From assembly GCA_048128005.1 (NCBI GenBank), contig JBEUKZ010000078.1, positions 372,001-397,089 of the forward strand: 25,089 bases of DNA. Reading direction: 5' to 3'. The notes below the pieces were generated by a model. That model ran no database searches. It was not told where the DNA came from and was given only the letters and a program-made list of their open reading frames with translations. Below, in pieces: positions 10,543-23,687 of the stretch. This DNA comes from Veleropilina oligotropha. Lineage: Eukaryota. The position numbers and the translations under genes are program-made. Each line of letters starts with the position of its first letter. The stretch's first letter is position 1.

Positions 10543-13500
10543 ACACATTTTATACGTAAAAATACATTGAAAAAAATATAATAATAATAATACTGTCTAT
10601 ATTAATATTCCAGTTATGTCCGGAATCGCAGGTTACTGAAATGATGAAGACGCCCATCGCACCATCGAACATCGATTTGGAAGATGAACCAAATGAAATT
10701 CCTTCGTGTTCAAAGCAAACCAAAAACAATTCATCATGTGTTATTAACAATATGTCTCAGTTTCCAGAGGTGAGTGATGAAGTTGATTTATTTTATCCCA
10801 AGAACAATTGTCCGACGATTTCCCCAACAGTCAGGAAATTATACAAAGTTTTACCGAAGTCGATCAAGCAGTGGTATCAACGCAGATATACTGATTCACC
10901 CACAAAAGCAAAAGTCAACGATAGGGTTTTTGACATAATGTGCCCTGATTCACCCGACGTTCAATATGGTGCTGGTACAGACAAGCCATACAATCTAGAA
11001 AGAGTTAGCGAACGTACTTTTAGAAAAGATGCAGCTCGCGAAATTACTTATAAAGTAAATTTAGATTCCTCATTTTGGCAAGGACAGAAAATAGCTGCTA
11101 TTCTCAAGGACTTAACCCTGATGTTTGATGACATAATAAAGGAGTCAACACGTGGAACAAATAATTCGGACTGGGTAGGGTTATAATAAAATCTCCATCC
11201 CTTAACGATGCCATTGTAATTCCATTAAATGAATTAACTGCAGAGTCCATCATGTCTGACATCGAAAAAACACTACAGAGTTACGAAAATCTGAGCGTGG
11301 ATGACGGGTTCGTGATCAACATCGGTATCATTCATAGACCCACGGGTACGGGAAAAGTTTACGTCACTGATACGGATGAGTCCTTAAAACTTAAAAGAAG
11401 TATCGTACAAATAGTGAATGATGATACATTATGTCTTCCTCGAGCCATTGTGGTGGGTTGGGCATTTATGAACAAAATACCAGACAGAGAATTTAACGAA
11501 CTAACAAAAGATATTTTAGATTGCGATATTCAAGAAATTTTTTTGAAAGTCAGAAAAGTACCAACCAGTTATTATCAGTCATTAATAAGATCAAATTGTA
11601 AAATTCAGAAGCGATTCGCATTAGGACTCTGCAGATTAGCCGATGTCCCCATTGATGAACCATTAGGAATACATAATATACCGGAATTCGAACGAATTCT
11701 TCAACTTAATATCAACGTTGTGAGTGCCCGTTTAGGGAATAAATTCATGACGAAATCGAATGTTAGCAATAGGCAAAATATGTATCTGTATTATGTACAA
11801 AACGAAGATTCTGGGCATTTCAACGTAATTACAAAAATCACTGGGTTTTTTAACTGTGGTTATTTCTGTGATGAATGCATGAAACCCTATTCAAACAGAG
11901 AAAAGCACTCTTGTATTAAAAAATGTTTAACATGCAAAAAGGACTGTCAGTCATCAGATAGAGAAATGTCGTGCATCAAATGTCACATGACATGTCGATC
12001 GTCTGCTTGTTTTGACCGACATCAGAAAGAAGAGATAATTACTGTTTGCAAAAAGCAAAACAAACAAATTAGTATTTCTCAATGCGATACTTGGTTAAAA
12101 TGCAAAGTTTGTTATGCAGTAATGAATACGAATAAGCGTAAAATTTCTGAGCATGTATGTTACGAACGATTATGCCAAAATTGTAATGCTTATGTTATTG
12201 ACAACCACACGTGTTTCGTCAGAGCCAAAAAACAAACAGCTGATGTCAAAATTAAGAAATTTATATTTTTCAATTACGAATGTACGCAGAATGATTTGTT
12301 TCAATGCCAGTTGGGTTATGAACCAAATGGCGATCGTTGTACAAATTGTAATGACCCCCCTATGCAGACGCCCAATTCATGTTCCAAATTTTGTTGTTGC
12401 GCATTCCGCTTGTACCAATTGTATGAATGACAAGATTAATCCCAACTCAATATGTCACTCGTGTGGGACACGCTGCACTTTGTGTTTTGATAAAACATTT
12501 AAGGGTCTGCCTTGCCCCAATACTTGTGGAAAATGCGAAGTCATTTTTCGGGGCGACAATACAGCCCAAGATTTTGGTAAATGGTTATTTACACCTGCCC
12601 ATAAGAATACGATTGCCGTCGCACATAACGCAAAATCGTACGACAGTATCTTCTTATTAGAATATTTAATCGATCAGTCTATTCGTCCCGATAAAATAAT
12701 TTACAATGGTACAAAAATTATGTACCTGTCTATCGAAAGAGGCTTGAACATTCGACTGATAGACAGTCTAAATTTTTTGCCAATGAAATTATCAGCTTTC
12801 CCCAAAGCTTTCGGGTTCACCGAGTTGAAGAAGGGGGCTTTTCCGTTTTTGTTCAACACACGTGATAATCAAAATTACGTGGGTCCTCTCCCCGAACCTA
12901 AATTCTACGGTGTCGACTTCATGACTTCTAACAATCGGACAGACTTTCTGAAATGGCATGACGACAATAACGAGACTGAATTTGATTTTGTCAAAGAAAT
13001 TCTTGAATACTGTAGAAGCGACGTTGACATACTGAGACAGACATGCTTAAAATTCAGAGAGTTGATGGAGAATGCGACTGGAAAAAAATCTGTCAGGCGA
13101 GATGTCGGTTGGGATCGATCCGTTTGATTACGTGACTATTGCCTCTACATGCATGGCTATTTTTATGACAAAATTCCTGGAAGAGACATGGCGCGCTAAA
13201 ATTGATGATGAATGGTTGCCCGCCAAGAAAATAGACGGAAAATTGACCGTGTTAATCGACGGAAAATGGACTGGAGAATTGTCCAAAGTCACAGAAAGTG
13301 AATTTATCAACACATCGTTCCCATTGATCGTGAATGACAACGTTGGCGATCAGTTCAGTAACATTTCTATTCAATGGGTGGAGTGGATTTCCCGTAAAAA
13401 AGGGGTTAATTTTCAGCATGCATTAAATGGAGGTGAGAAGAAGCTTAAGGGATCGAAGTACAAAGCCGACGGGTTTGCAAACAATGAGGTTTTAGAGTTC

Positions 13501-15212
13501 TACGGTTGTTTTCATCACGGGTGCCGGTTTTGTTTTAAATACGATAGAAACATTAAACACGAACGTACGGGGACTTAGCCACAACGAGAAATATGCCTTG
13601 ACAATGAAAAAAGAAGCGTTCATCAAACAGGCGGGCTATCGATACTGTTATATATGGGAACACCAGTTTCGAGAACAACTGAAAACTGATGCAAATCTAC
13701 AAGCGTTCGTTCAAACTCTTGACTTGGTCGACCGACTCGATCCACGTGACAGCTTCTTTGGGGGTCGTACAAATGCTATCCGTCTTCATCATGTCATCTC
13801 TGACAACGAAAAAATCAAATATATCGATTTTACAAGCCTCTATCCGGCCGTTCAGAAATACTCAAAATATCCTGTCGGTTTTCCCGAAATTATCAACAGT
13901 GATTTCAATGACATTGACCAATATTTCGGTATGGCTAAAATTAAGATTTTACCACCCAGAAAACTCTACCACCCCATCTTACCCTATAGATCAAATGGCA
14001 AATTAAAGTTTCCATTATGCAGGACATGTGCAGATAACGAACAACAGAAGCCTTGTTTGTGTAACGATGCCGATCGTACCATGAAATCATAAAAATTTAT
14101 GAAATCTATCATTGGTCAGAAACAACAATCTATGATCCATCCACAGACAAAGGTGGATTGTTTACCGGATACATAAATACTTTCTTAAAATTGAAGCAAG
14201 AAGCCAGTGGGTTTCCAGCATGGGTTGAAAACTCTGACGATGTCAAAAGGTACATTGACAATTATGCAGAAAATGAGCACATTGACCTTGACGTGGATTG
14301 TATTCGGAAAAATCCAGGGTTAAGAGCTTTATCGAAACTTTGTCTGAACAGCTTCTGGGGAAAGTACGGACAGCGTCTTAACTACAGACAGACAGAAATT
14401 ATCCAAGAGTCCGAAGCAGAAAAATTCTTCCACTTTCTGTTTGACCAGAGTAAGGAAATTCTAAATTTCCACATTATCTCCCCTGACATGCTACTGCTAG
14501 AATACATGCACAAGAGATCTTGCATTCCCAGCAATGACAAAGCGAATATTTATATAGCCTTGTTCACGACTTGTTGGGCCCGACTGAAATTATACGATGT
14601 AATCGAACGAGTCGATAGAAACGTATTATATTTCGATACCGATTCAGTGATTTACGTGACAGGACCTGGCAAAGTCGACATACCACTGGGTGATTATCTG
14701 GGCGACTTGACGAACGAACTGGAAAATGATGAATTCATCGTGGAATTTATTTCGGGAGGACCCCAAAACTACGCCTATCGTACTAACACTAACAGGGAGA
14801 TCTGTAAAGTCCGTGGATTCTCATTAAATTACACCAACAGCAAGCTGATCAACTTCGATGCTATCAAAGATTTGGTCACAAACTCGCGAGGTTCCATAAT
14901 TGTAACCAATCCCCGTAAAATATGCCACAATAAATTGAAACGCAAACTTTACAATCGTGTTGAGAATAAAAAGTATCAAATGGTTTACACAAAATGTGTC
15001 ATTTTACCAAACCTTGACACCGTACCATATGGATATTAAATTTGATTAGTATTAATACATATGCTTGTTTAAAATGTAAATACTTTGTTTAATGAATCAA
15101 TTATTTTGTGAAAAATTATTAAATACATTTTTTTGTGCAAATAATTGACGTCATGCTATGATTTTATGTGAAAATGAATTCTGATAAACTGTAAATTCTG
15201 TAATTATTGTTA

Positions 15213-15238
15213 TCTCTCTCTCTCTCTCTCTCTCTCTC
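15213..15238. repeat. (CT)n microsatellite
   Basis: tctctc run. Confidence 0.95.
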
Positions 15239-15276
15239 ATTTGCACAAGTCGTGTAAACTATTCATTTTTGTGTTG

Positions 15277-15493
15277 TTGATAAATTTTGTTAATATTTGT
15301 ACGTATGAGAAAATATTTTGTAAATAATTATCGTATTTGATCATTTTTTTGTACAGAATATTCTTGGAATCAATGTATATTGTATACGTTTTATTTATTT
15401 GCATTTTGTGAAATTCTTGTTAATAATTTTTGTTTGATAAATTTTGTTAATATTTGTACGTATGAGAAAATATTTTGTAAATAATTATCGTAT
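15277..15493. repeat. Identical 60-bp direct repeat, two copies
   Basis: ttgataaattttg...aattatcgtat at 15277-15336 and 15434-15493. Confidence 0.9.
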
Positions 15494-16065
15494 CGCAAGG
15501 GAAAACAGAGACGAGTTATTTCCCTTGCATCCATACACGATGTAGCGAAGCACAATCGGCGCATGCGTGGAGATTGCCAATTGTGGAACAGCTTCGACAA
15601 ATTTAGAAGATGTGGCCCAATGGACGAACAAATGTCACTTTTATCGTTATCGGATCGGCTTTTTTGCTCTAACGAGGCAAGTGGGGCGAAGATAAGTATG
15701 TAATGCATTGCATGATAGTACGTTTCCTTTATTACTGTTGCTTCTGGTAGGTGAAACGCGATTCGAAGCGGGGAAAGTGAATAACCGGAAAAATTAAAGA
15801 TGGATGCCCTCTTATATATTATACGTAATCAGTGGGTGGGTAGCAAGTCGATGATGAATTTCGCTCATATTTCTGGTTAGCGTCAATGGCCCGTGCTCGA
15901 CTGACTAAAAGATCAGTGCCATGCGTTCAGGATGAAAACGTTTTGTCTAAATCACAAACGTTTTGCGTTTAGCCGTTCAATTACAGAGCGCTTTCTGAAA
16001 ACGTTTTGCACATGGCGTGCAACCTTCGCTTTTCCTTCCTTTTCGAAATCAGCGAAGAATATCAC

Positions 16066-16319
16066 ATCTATCTCTATCCAAGCTCTCCTATCTTTCGCTA
16101 TTTCACGCATATTTTCATCTGGATGTCTTTTTATAATATTTAGATATGTTTTTCATCCAAGTTGTTTTTTGATTTTTTTTTTAGATTTTTCTAATTTAAT
16201 GATATATATTCATGTATTTGTTTCGCTGGTGTTTCATCGTTCAACCGTTGCACATGTTCATACCATTTGACTCTTCTGATTTGAATTTTCTTGGACCATT
16301 TTGTTTCTTGGGTTACTTT
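16066..16319 (-). mobile_element. 3' fragment of an RTE-type non-LTR retrotransposon ORF (degenerate)
   Basis: Minus strand reads KVTQETKWSKKIQIRRVKWYEHVQRLNDETPAKQI...KTTWMKNI.../MREIAKDRRAW, matching the RTE C-terminal pattern RRLxWxGHVxR...TW...AxDRxxW. Confidence 0.65.
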
Positions 16320-16544
16320 GTAGTACTGCTGTTAAGGTCACAAATATGGTGGGGTTGTGCATTTGTGATAAAGGATGAAATTTTCTACAGTGCTTCTACA
16401 TACCATAACGATATTTTTAGATGTGGAGCCATCTTAAATTTGACCCCTAATGACCTTGAAAGGTCAATGACCCTGAAACGCACTAATTAACCATTTTAAC
16501 ATGATGTATAACCAAATGAAGGGACTTAGAAGGCAAACCGGTAA

Positions 16545-17355
16545 ATCTAGACATTTTATATGTGGCATACACCTTTTATACCAACAGGCCTTGCCTATGT
16601 TCAAATATGGGGTCACCGGGTCAAAGGTCAAGGTCATTTTTGCATATTTCCGTTCCGTCACTTGGAAGATTGCTTTCTGTCACATAGAAGCCGAACCGCT
16701 GGACCTACATCCTTCATATTTGGTATACACCTTGTATACCACGAGGCCTTATCTAATTTCAAACATGAGTATGCTATATCAAATGTCAAGGTCATGTTTG
16801 CATATTTCATTTCTGTCACTTGGAAGATTGCTTTCTGTCACATAGAAGCCGAACCACTGGGTATGCTATATCAAATGTCAAGGTCATGTTTGCATATTTC
16901 ATTTCTGTCACTTGGAAGATTGCTTTCTGTCACATAGAAGCCGAACCACTGGGCCTACACTTTCATATTTGGTATACACCTAGCTTGTATACCATCAGAG
17001 ACCTTGCCTAAGTTCAAAGATGAGTTTGCTGTGTCAAAGGTCAAGGTTATTTTTGTATATTTCAGTTCTGTCAGTTGAAAGATTGTTTTCTATCACATAG
17101 AAGCCGAACTTCTGGACCAAAGCCTTTCATATTTGGTATACACCTTGTACGCCATGAGATGAGGCCTTGCTTAGGCTCAAAGATGGGTTACTGTGCCAAA
17201 GATTAATGTCATTTTCGTGTATTTCCACTCTGTCACTTGGAAGATTGCTTTCTGTCACATAGAAGACGAGCCGTTGGACCTCTACCTTTCATATTTGGTA
17301 TACACGTAGTATACACACCATCAGGCCTTGTCTAAGTTCAGAAGTCAAAGTCATT
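16545..17355. repeat. ~160-bp tandem repeat (aaggtcaaggtca-type satellite) with a 92-bp internal duplication
   Basis: cacatagaag anchors at 16681, 16839, 16931, 17094 and 17256. Confidence 0.9.
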
Positions 17356-18180
17356 TGAACTTTTGTAAAATATATAGTACATTCTGGCAGTTACTATGAA
17401 TCATCTTTGTGGGAAAGAGTGAAGGAAGTGGAAATTTATTATAGAGTTTTGATTATTTTACTCTCTATGGATTTATATGTACAAAAGGTGGGCCAGTTTA
17501 AGGCGCATATATCTAGTTCCTGCCCCCCCCCCAAACCAGGGGCGGCACGACCGGGGGGATATTTTACCCCCATAAAATTTGGGTACAAGTGCCCTCACAT
17601 ATGCTGAATACGGAAGCTGGATTGTTGTTAGCATAATCAAAGATGTCCTTTCTCTCATATTCGTTTCTCCCATTGACTTGTCGTTGTTTAGATGGAGTTT
17701 TAGGACAGGTTCTAGTTTTAGCAGGTCATGTCTCCTTCCCTTTATCCACGTTTATAGGGCTGGCTACTTTCGTCATCCCACGGTCTTCACAGGCGGGCAA
17801 CGGGTTTTCTCTCGATACAGAGAGTGATATTGCCTGCAATTCGGGCCCCGAAACCCTGAATCCAATCTTCATGTTTTAGGCAGGGAAAGCGACGGTATAC
17901 AGTGCAAAAAGAGACATAGATAATGCTCTTTCGTCCTTTTTCCCTTTATAGGCCTACATTTTTTACCACACATGACTATCTACAGTGGCTGCAGGCTGAG
18001 TTTCCCAATTTACTTTCTACATAAACCAAAAAAATTGAAAGATGCTATGTCTGAAAGCGTATTCAATAAAGAATTGGGGGACGGTCATTAAGTTTTACCG
18101 GTTGTATTTTTCTGGTGGCTATCTCAGAACCACCAGCGAAAGTTTCGACACCAATTACAAAACATTAAGTAAAATTGTTC

Positions 18181-18400
18181 CATGTCAGGTGGATAAGAGC
18201 ATCGATTCTCAATTCACTCGCAAGACTACTCTGTATAACAGAAATAGGTTCGAATCCTTGCCTGGGCACTTCATTGAGTTAAAAGAAACAGTAGTTCATA
18301 ACTGGACGATGAGGACTTTCCTGCCGCGATAATACTATATGGATGTACCCGGCTATGAACCTGAAGGCTGTTAAATCTTGAAATAAAGTATCAATCGAAA
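18181..18400 (+). mobile_element. Probable tRNA-derived SINE (degenerate)
   Basis: A-box-like ggtggataagagc (~18188), B-box ggttcgaatcc (~18247) and an A-rich/caatc tail. No complete cloverleaf. Confidence 0.4.
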
Positions 18401-18957
18401 TAAATCCTGTTTACCGTGTCTGTTTCTGTCAGATAGAATGCATGACTAGCGAATGTCCTGTATAACAAACAGTGGTTCGTTTTTACATCTATGTAATTAC
18501 AACTATAAAGGGTGAGTTGTGTATAATGTATCTGGGATAACAATTGGTGGGCGTGGGTGCTATTATCTTGAGCATTTCAATGTGTGATTTGAAAGACATT
18601 GACCCTCTTTGTAAGTATAATCTTTACAACATGGGCGCAGCCAAAGTGGGGTTGTGGGTGCAAACGTCCCCCTAGGGTGTTCTTGGTTGGTGGTACCCCG
18701 CTAACATGAAAATGATTGCGCCACCCATGCAAACACTATCTTCTCATGACTCACACCTAAAGCATGTGCTATGTTGAAAGTGGTAGGTCAAACCTGCGCA
18801 ATGTGTTATGAACTGTCCGCGTGGGGTGGAGCCCCATCCGGAGGGGAATTTAAACAATTAACGGTGTGAAACACCCACTCCTGCATTCTAATAGTTTAAC
18901 CAACATTTATGATCAATTTTCACCAAACTATATTAATATTACAAAAACGTTGTGCAA

Positions 18958-19610
18958 TTGTATCCCCGAAATTTTACATTTCGGGGATAGTATGGTTTAG
19001 GCATCGTTCAGCCGCCGCAGATATTTCTTGTGTGCGCTCTACAGTGAAAGGTTCTAATCCGATTTGATTCAAATTTGGTATGCACGTCAGTTATGATGAG
19101 GACACATCACATGACGATTTTCGTCGTGTTCGGACCGCCGTGGCGGTCATATTGTTTGGAGAGATTTCCTGTGTGTGCTCTACAGTGAAACGTTATTATC
19201 CGATTTGATTCATATTTGGTATGCACGTTCGTTATGATGAGTACATGCCGCCTAAAGATTTTCGTCGTTTTCGGATACAAGATGGCCACCAGGTGGCCAT
19301 TTTGTTTGACGAGATTTCTTGTGCACGCTCTACAGTGAAAACTTATTATCCGATTTGATGCATATTTGGTATGTGCTTTAGTTGTGATGAGGACACGCCA
19401 CGCTACGATTTTCGTTGTTTTCTGATCCAAGATGGTCATCGCGGCGGCCATTTTATTTAAAGATATTTCTTGTGCGCGATCTACAGTGAAAAGTTCTAAT
19501 CCGATTTGCTTCAAATTTGGCATGATGAGGACACGATGCCTATTGATTTTTTCTACCGCATGAGGGGATACAGCCCCTCGACTTGCTGGGACGAGGATTC
19601 GCTAGTTTTT
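18958..19610 (-). mobile_element. HINE/Helentron-type non-autonomous element with ~150-bp internal tandem repeat
   Basis: 12-bp stem tatccccgaaat/atttcggggata at the left end, sub-TIR tgtatcccc/ggggataca, and a ctagttttt terminus. acagtg anchors lie at 19041, 19182, 19332 and 19483. Confidence 0.75.
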
Positions 19611-20736
19611 CATGACCCATCGCATAGCCTCAGATTAATAGTGTGTGTAGATAGCTAGAAATTTCTAGGTGATGGTGCGGTATGTTAATCCACTAGTTTG
19701 CAGCGTTTTGGCATGATTATAAGAGAGAGAAAACCACCAACACCAAAGAAGCAAGAAAGTGTGCTAATAATATATAAGCTAAAAGCCTCTAAAGTTTCCA
19801 CCAAGGCTAATAACTAAGTACGGTACTACAGAGTATCCACAGAGGCAAGCTGTCATCACTATAGTATGGAATTTTTGGTGTATCCTGTCGAACATCGAAA
19901 GGACATCGTATTTCCACAACAAGAGTTTCACCAGATTCATATGTACCACTGTCAAGATCATGTTCTGCGTTCTGAAAATTTGTCAGCTATATCGCCGCCC
20001 GTCATGTATCAGCACCTCATGGATAGAACAGTTACATTATTATTTATATATATCGTATCATTTATTTATTAATATTATCACATATAATTGTATGCTGAAC
20101 ATATATTTATAAAAATGCCATGTGTAAGTTAAGATATTGGCCCATATTATTAATCAAGACATGGACTAGGCTATTTTATGGCGTTATTTCATTACAATAT
20201 CTGCAATGAGTTAACCATAAATTACTGTGTATACATGATAAAGCCTAGTTATTATACATAATAGACTGATAAATGGAGTACATGAAAATGTTGTAATTAA
20301 ATTTATCCCGCAAATATATTACTTGCAAATAAAAATACATTTGAACTGCCTTCCTGTTGTTTTGCGCGAAAATTCAAGGTTCCATGAAATCGGCCTTTTA
20401 TGTACAACTTAAATACATATTATAGAATGATGTTTTGGGTACAATGACACATCAAGCTTTATTAAAAATACTTTTTCTCTAAAATAACAAGTAATTACCC
20501 CTTTGTTACATTTGAAACACACAAAACAATACATTTAACAAAACAAAGGGATATAACTTTGTGCCAAAATTGGTTTTGAAATTGGCCAAATTTCAATGGC
20601 CACCCTAGGTCACCAGGGGTAAAATTGAAGATGGCTTCACATCTTAAATCATTTTATATGATATCTAGAGCAACTGTGAAAAATTTCATGCTTTTTTCAA
20701 AATGTGCACAATAATATTGCTTATCAGCAGTACATG

Positions 20737-21269
20737 TAGTACATATGTTGCTACACGACATGTTACGTTTTGCTATACCTTCCCAATGTATGTTACTGGG
20801 CGACACTTTGCGTTTTGCTATACCCTCCTCATGTATGTTACTGGGCGACACATTGCATTTTGCTATACCCTCCTCATGTATGTTACTGAGCGACACATTG
20901 CGTTTTGCTATACCTTCCCTATGTATGTTACTGGGCGACACATTGCGTTTTGCTATACCCTCCTCATGTATGTTACTGGGCGACACATTGCATTTTGCTA
21001 TACCTTCCTCATGTATGTTACTGGGCGACACATTGCGTTTTGCTTACCCTCCTCATGTATGTTACTGGGCGACACATTGCATTTTGCTATACCTTCCTCA
21101 TGTATGTTACTGGGCGACACATTGCGTTTTGCTATACCCTCCTCATGTATGTTACTACACGACACATTGCGTTTTGCTATGTGTATATTTGACGAATCAG
21201 CGTTGAGTAAGAATTACCCGCCTAAAAAATGAATCAATCAAAAATTACTTATTAATGACAATTAGAAAT
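20737..21269. repeat. Dispersed element with internal 45-bp tandem array (9 units), copy 2
   Basis: Same unit, head and tail as 5497-6165, in the same orientation. Confidence 0.9.
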
Positions 21270-21931
21270 GAGTCATCAAATGGTATACAAAGTGCGGATA
21301 ACCTCTCAAACACCATTATACCCACGACAACCATATCTAGTACAAATAAAAGATCCATACCAGTAATCAATTATTACCAGCATAGAGTCAGCTTTACATC
21401 TCTACAATAGCTAAATATATTATAGATTTATCATTGATGCTTATGAATCGGTAGAAACGTAACCCCTTGGTTAATTTAAATGTCCCGCTTTATGGGTTCC
21501 GTTTATAGCATATGGTAACTTAATCCGATACTGGCCAACACCGACAAGTTATTTTTAGCACTGATGGCCCATCATAATAGTAAATGAAAAATGCTCTGAT
21601 GTTTTAACTGATTTCAACATAATTGAGTGGATTTAATATATTAGTCGACATTGTCTTTACAACTACGTAATATTATATATTATATTAAGCATTCACCATA
21701 CATTAAGCATACATACTCAATGAACACATAACTCGCCAAACCCCTCCTTTTCTCTCTCTATCCAGTGGCACATATATATATATATATGACGCTTGTCTTA
21801 CAATGATTTCTATAAGGGTGACAGGGCGTATGCTCTGGTCGTTCGATATGCATGTTAAAATAACAGTTATTGGTAATGGTTATGCCTGTTAATAAGCCAT
21901 AAAACCACATTAACTTGGTGTGTCACTAGTA

Positions 21932-22645
21932 TCTATATATTAATAGCGTAAGCCATTTTGTGTGATTTTCCGTATCTCCCCCGAAACCACCGTACGGATA
22001 GCCGTGATATTCGACATGGCCATGATTTTGGATGTTATGAAGAGATTCCGCCCAGTTTTATTATCAAGTTATCAACAAAAAGTCTTATAATTGCACTTTT
22101 ATCACAATACACGAACACGATTTACCATATAAGGAAATATAAGAACGTTTCAGAACGATGCTCCGTAAACACAATATCTCGGCAGCTGAAATGTGTCGTT
22201 TCCAATCCAACGAACATTATTAGTTTCTTTTACACATAAGTGCTTATTGACATTCTTAACATATAATTGCAAAATATATGAAAAACCGATAGAATTACCG
22301 ATTTCCAATGGCATATTACGAAATTTTTCATGAAAATACCCGATTCACAGGCCTCCCCCCACGCATTTTATGGGCATATGTTTTGTAAAATAATGGCGAT
22401 CGGTTGAAATTTGGATACCGATACGTGATTGTCTATTGTCTTGATATAATGATGATTTTCGTATTCACCAATATACAAAGATATCATTATACTGGACACC
22501 AAACACCAATATGTACTTTAGCGACAATTCCACATTGTAAATTGGTTTAAATTGTAAATACTTCCAGAGCTCTCTTCGCCGCCAGCCAGAAATGATAACA
22601 ATACGCCATATATCGTCAGTTAATGGAAGCACGGGTAATTGCTAG
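21932..22645 (+). mobile_element. Possible non-autonomous Helitron
   Basis: 5' A|TCTATATATTAATA and 3' agcacgggtaattgCTAG. The 3' hairpin is degraded and the next base is A, not T. Confidence 0.35.
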
Positions 22646-22955
22646 ACACGTACACATGACTTAGTCAATTGTTCTTCGATTTTCATACCCAAAAGGTAAA
22701 TATATTTGCCCCCTTCATGATAATAATATGTCAAAATACAATAACCTGACGTAATCAGCAACTTCAAGAAATGCCCGTTTTCCAACATACCTTACAAAAA
22801 GTCCGTGTTTGATAGGGTGATGTAGCGTGAATTAACTACCCCACTCTCCCATATGTGTGTGTGTGTGAAATGTATACAATAGTAGACAATCCGAGTAGTT
22901 TCGGCCTGATTCTCCTTCGGTCTTGAGTAGATTCAGTCTGAGTAGATTCGGCCCG

Positions 22956-23419
22956 TTTTTATGTCTTGACCTTTTTGTAAAAAAGGACAAGACATTATCA
23001 AATGGTCCGTGTGTATATACTTATATACGTATATACTTATATACTTATATACTTATATACTTATATATATATATATATCCATCGATTTATTTGAAAACTA
23101 CCGCTCAATTTTCACCAAAATTGGTACACACATTCCCAAGAGTATTTGTAGGTCGTGTATATAACTTTCGCGACACAATTTTGCAAAAATATGCATTTAT
23201 TGAGCACTTTTATCCATATTTGTATATAACGGATGTCTAATATTGCAAGCAAATGGCAATGACGTCGCCTTAGATTAATCGTCATTTGGTGACGTCACAA
23301 TCGACGGGGTAGTAAATTAAGCCATGAAGTACTTGCACTTAGCCATTGTATTAACTGTTATGGAAATTTGAGGGAAATAAAGAAAGGTCAAGACATATTT
23401 CGAACGCGTCGTTCTTGTT
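22956..23419 (-). mobile_element. HINE/DINE-1-like element
   Basis: Perfect 15-bp sub-TIR tatgtcttgaccttt (22960-22974) / aaaggtcaagacata (23383-23397). Stem-loop at 22961-22995, (tatactta)n microsatellite, short palindrome at 23402-23414 and ttgtt end. Confidence 0.8.
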
Positions 23420-23562
23420 AAATTTAGTACGGTCGATTTTGGCCCGTTCATAAAAATAAAAAAATATAGAGTTTAATAGAAACTTTATTATATAAAGTAT
23501 GCATACAAACACGCACTTTAGTTCTTAACAAAGCAATATAACAACAAAATGCCGCAATTAAA

Positions 23563-23687
<125 letters not shown>

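Larger units (their letters stand above)
16321..20738. mobile_element. Imperfect ~130-bp terminal inverted repeat pair (Academ-like, TAG terminus) enclosing nested repeats
   Basis: 16321-16456 (tagtactgctgttaag...atgaaatttt...agatgtggagccatctt...tgacct) is a diverged reverse complement of 20607-20733. No TSD was found. Confidence 0.5.

Noticed and set aside
16501..17011. ORFs over the ~160-bp repeats
   Set aside because: Satellite-derived; no recognisable domain.
18181..18270. tRNA gene (GGTTCGAATCC B-box)
   Set aside because: Cannot fold an acceptor stem or cloverleaf; better explained as a SINE head.
18630..18729. hAT-like MITE (CATGGG...CCCATG)
   Set aside because: Only a 6-bp inverted match and no TSD.
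19107..19523. 138-aa minus-strand ORF
   Set aside because: Translation of the ~150-bp HINE internal repeat.
20654..21232. Four overlapping repetitive ORFs
   Set aside because: Same 45-bp array artefact.
21270..21370. GPCR-like text on the minus strand (WYGSFIC; IMVFERLSALCIPF)
   Set aside because: The motifs are in different frames with wrong spacing and no other transmembrane segments; likely chance.
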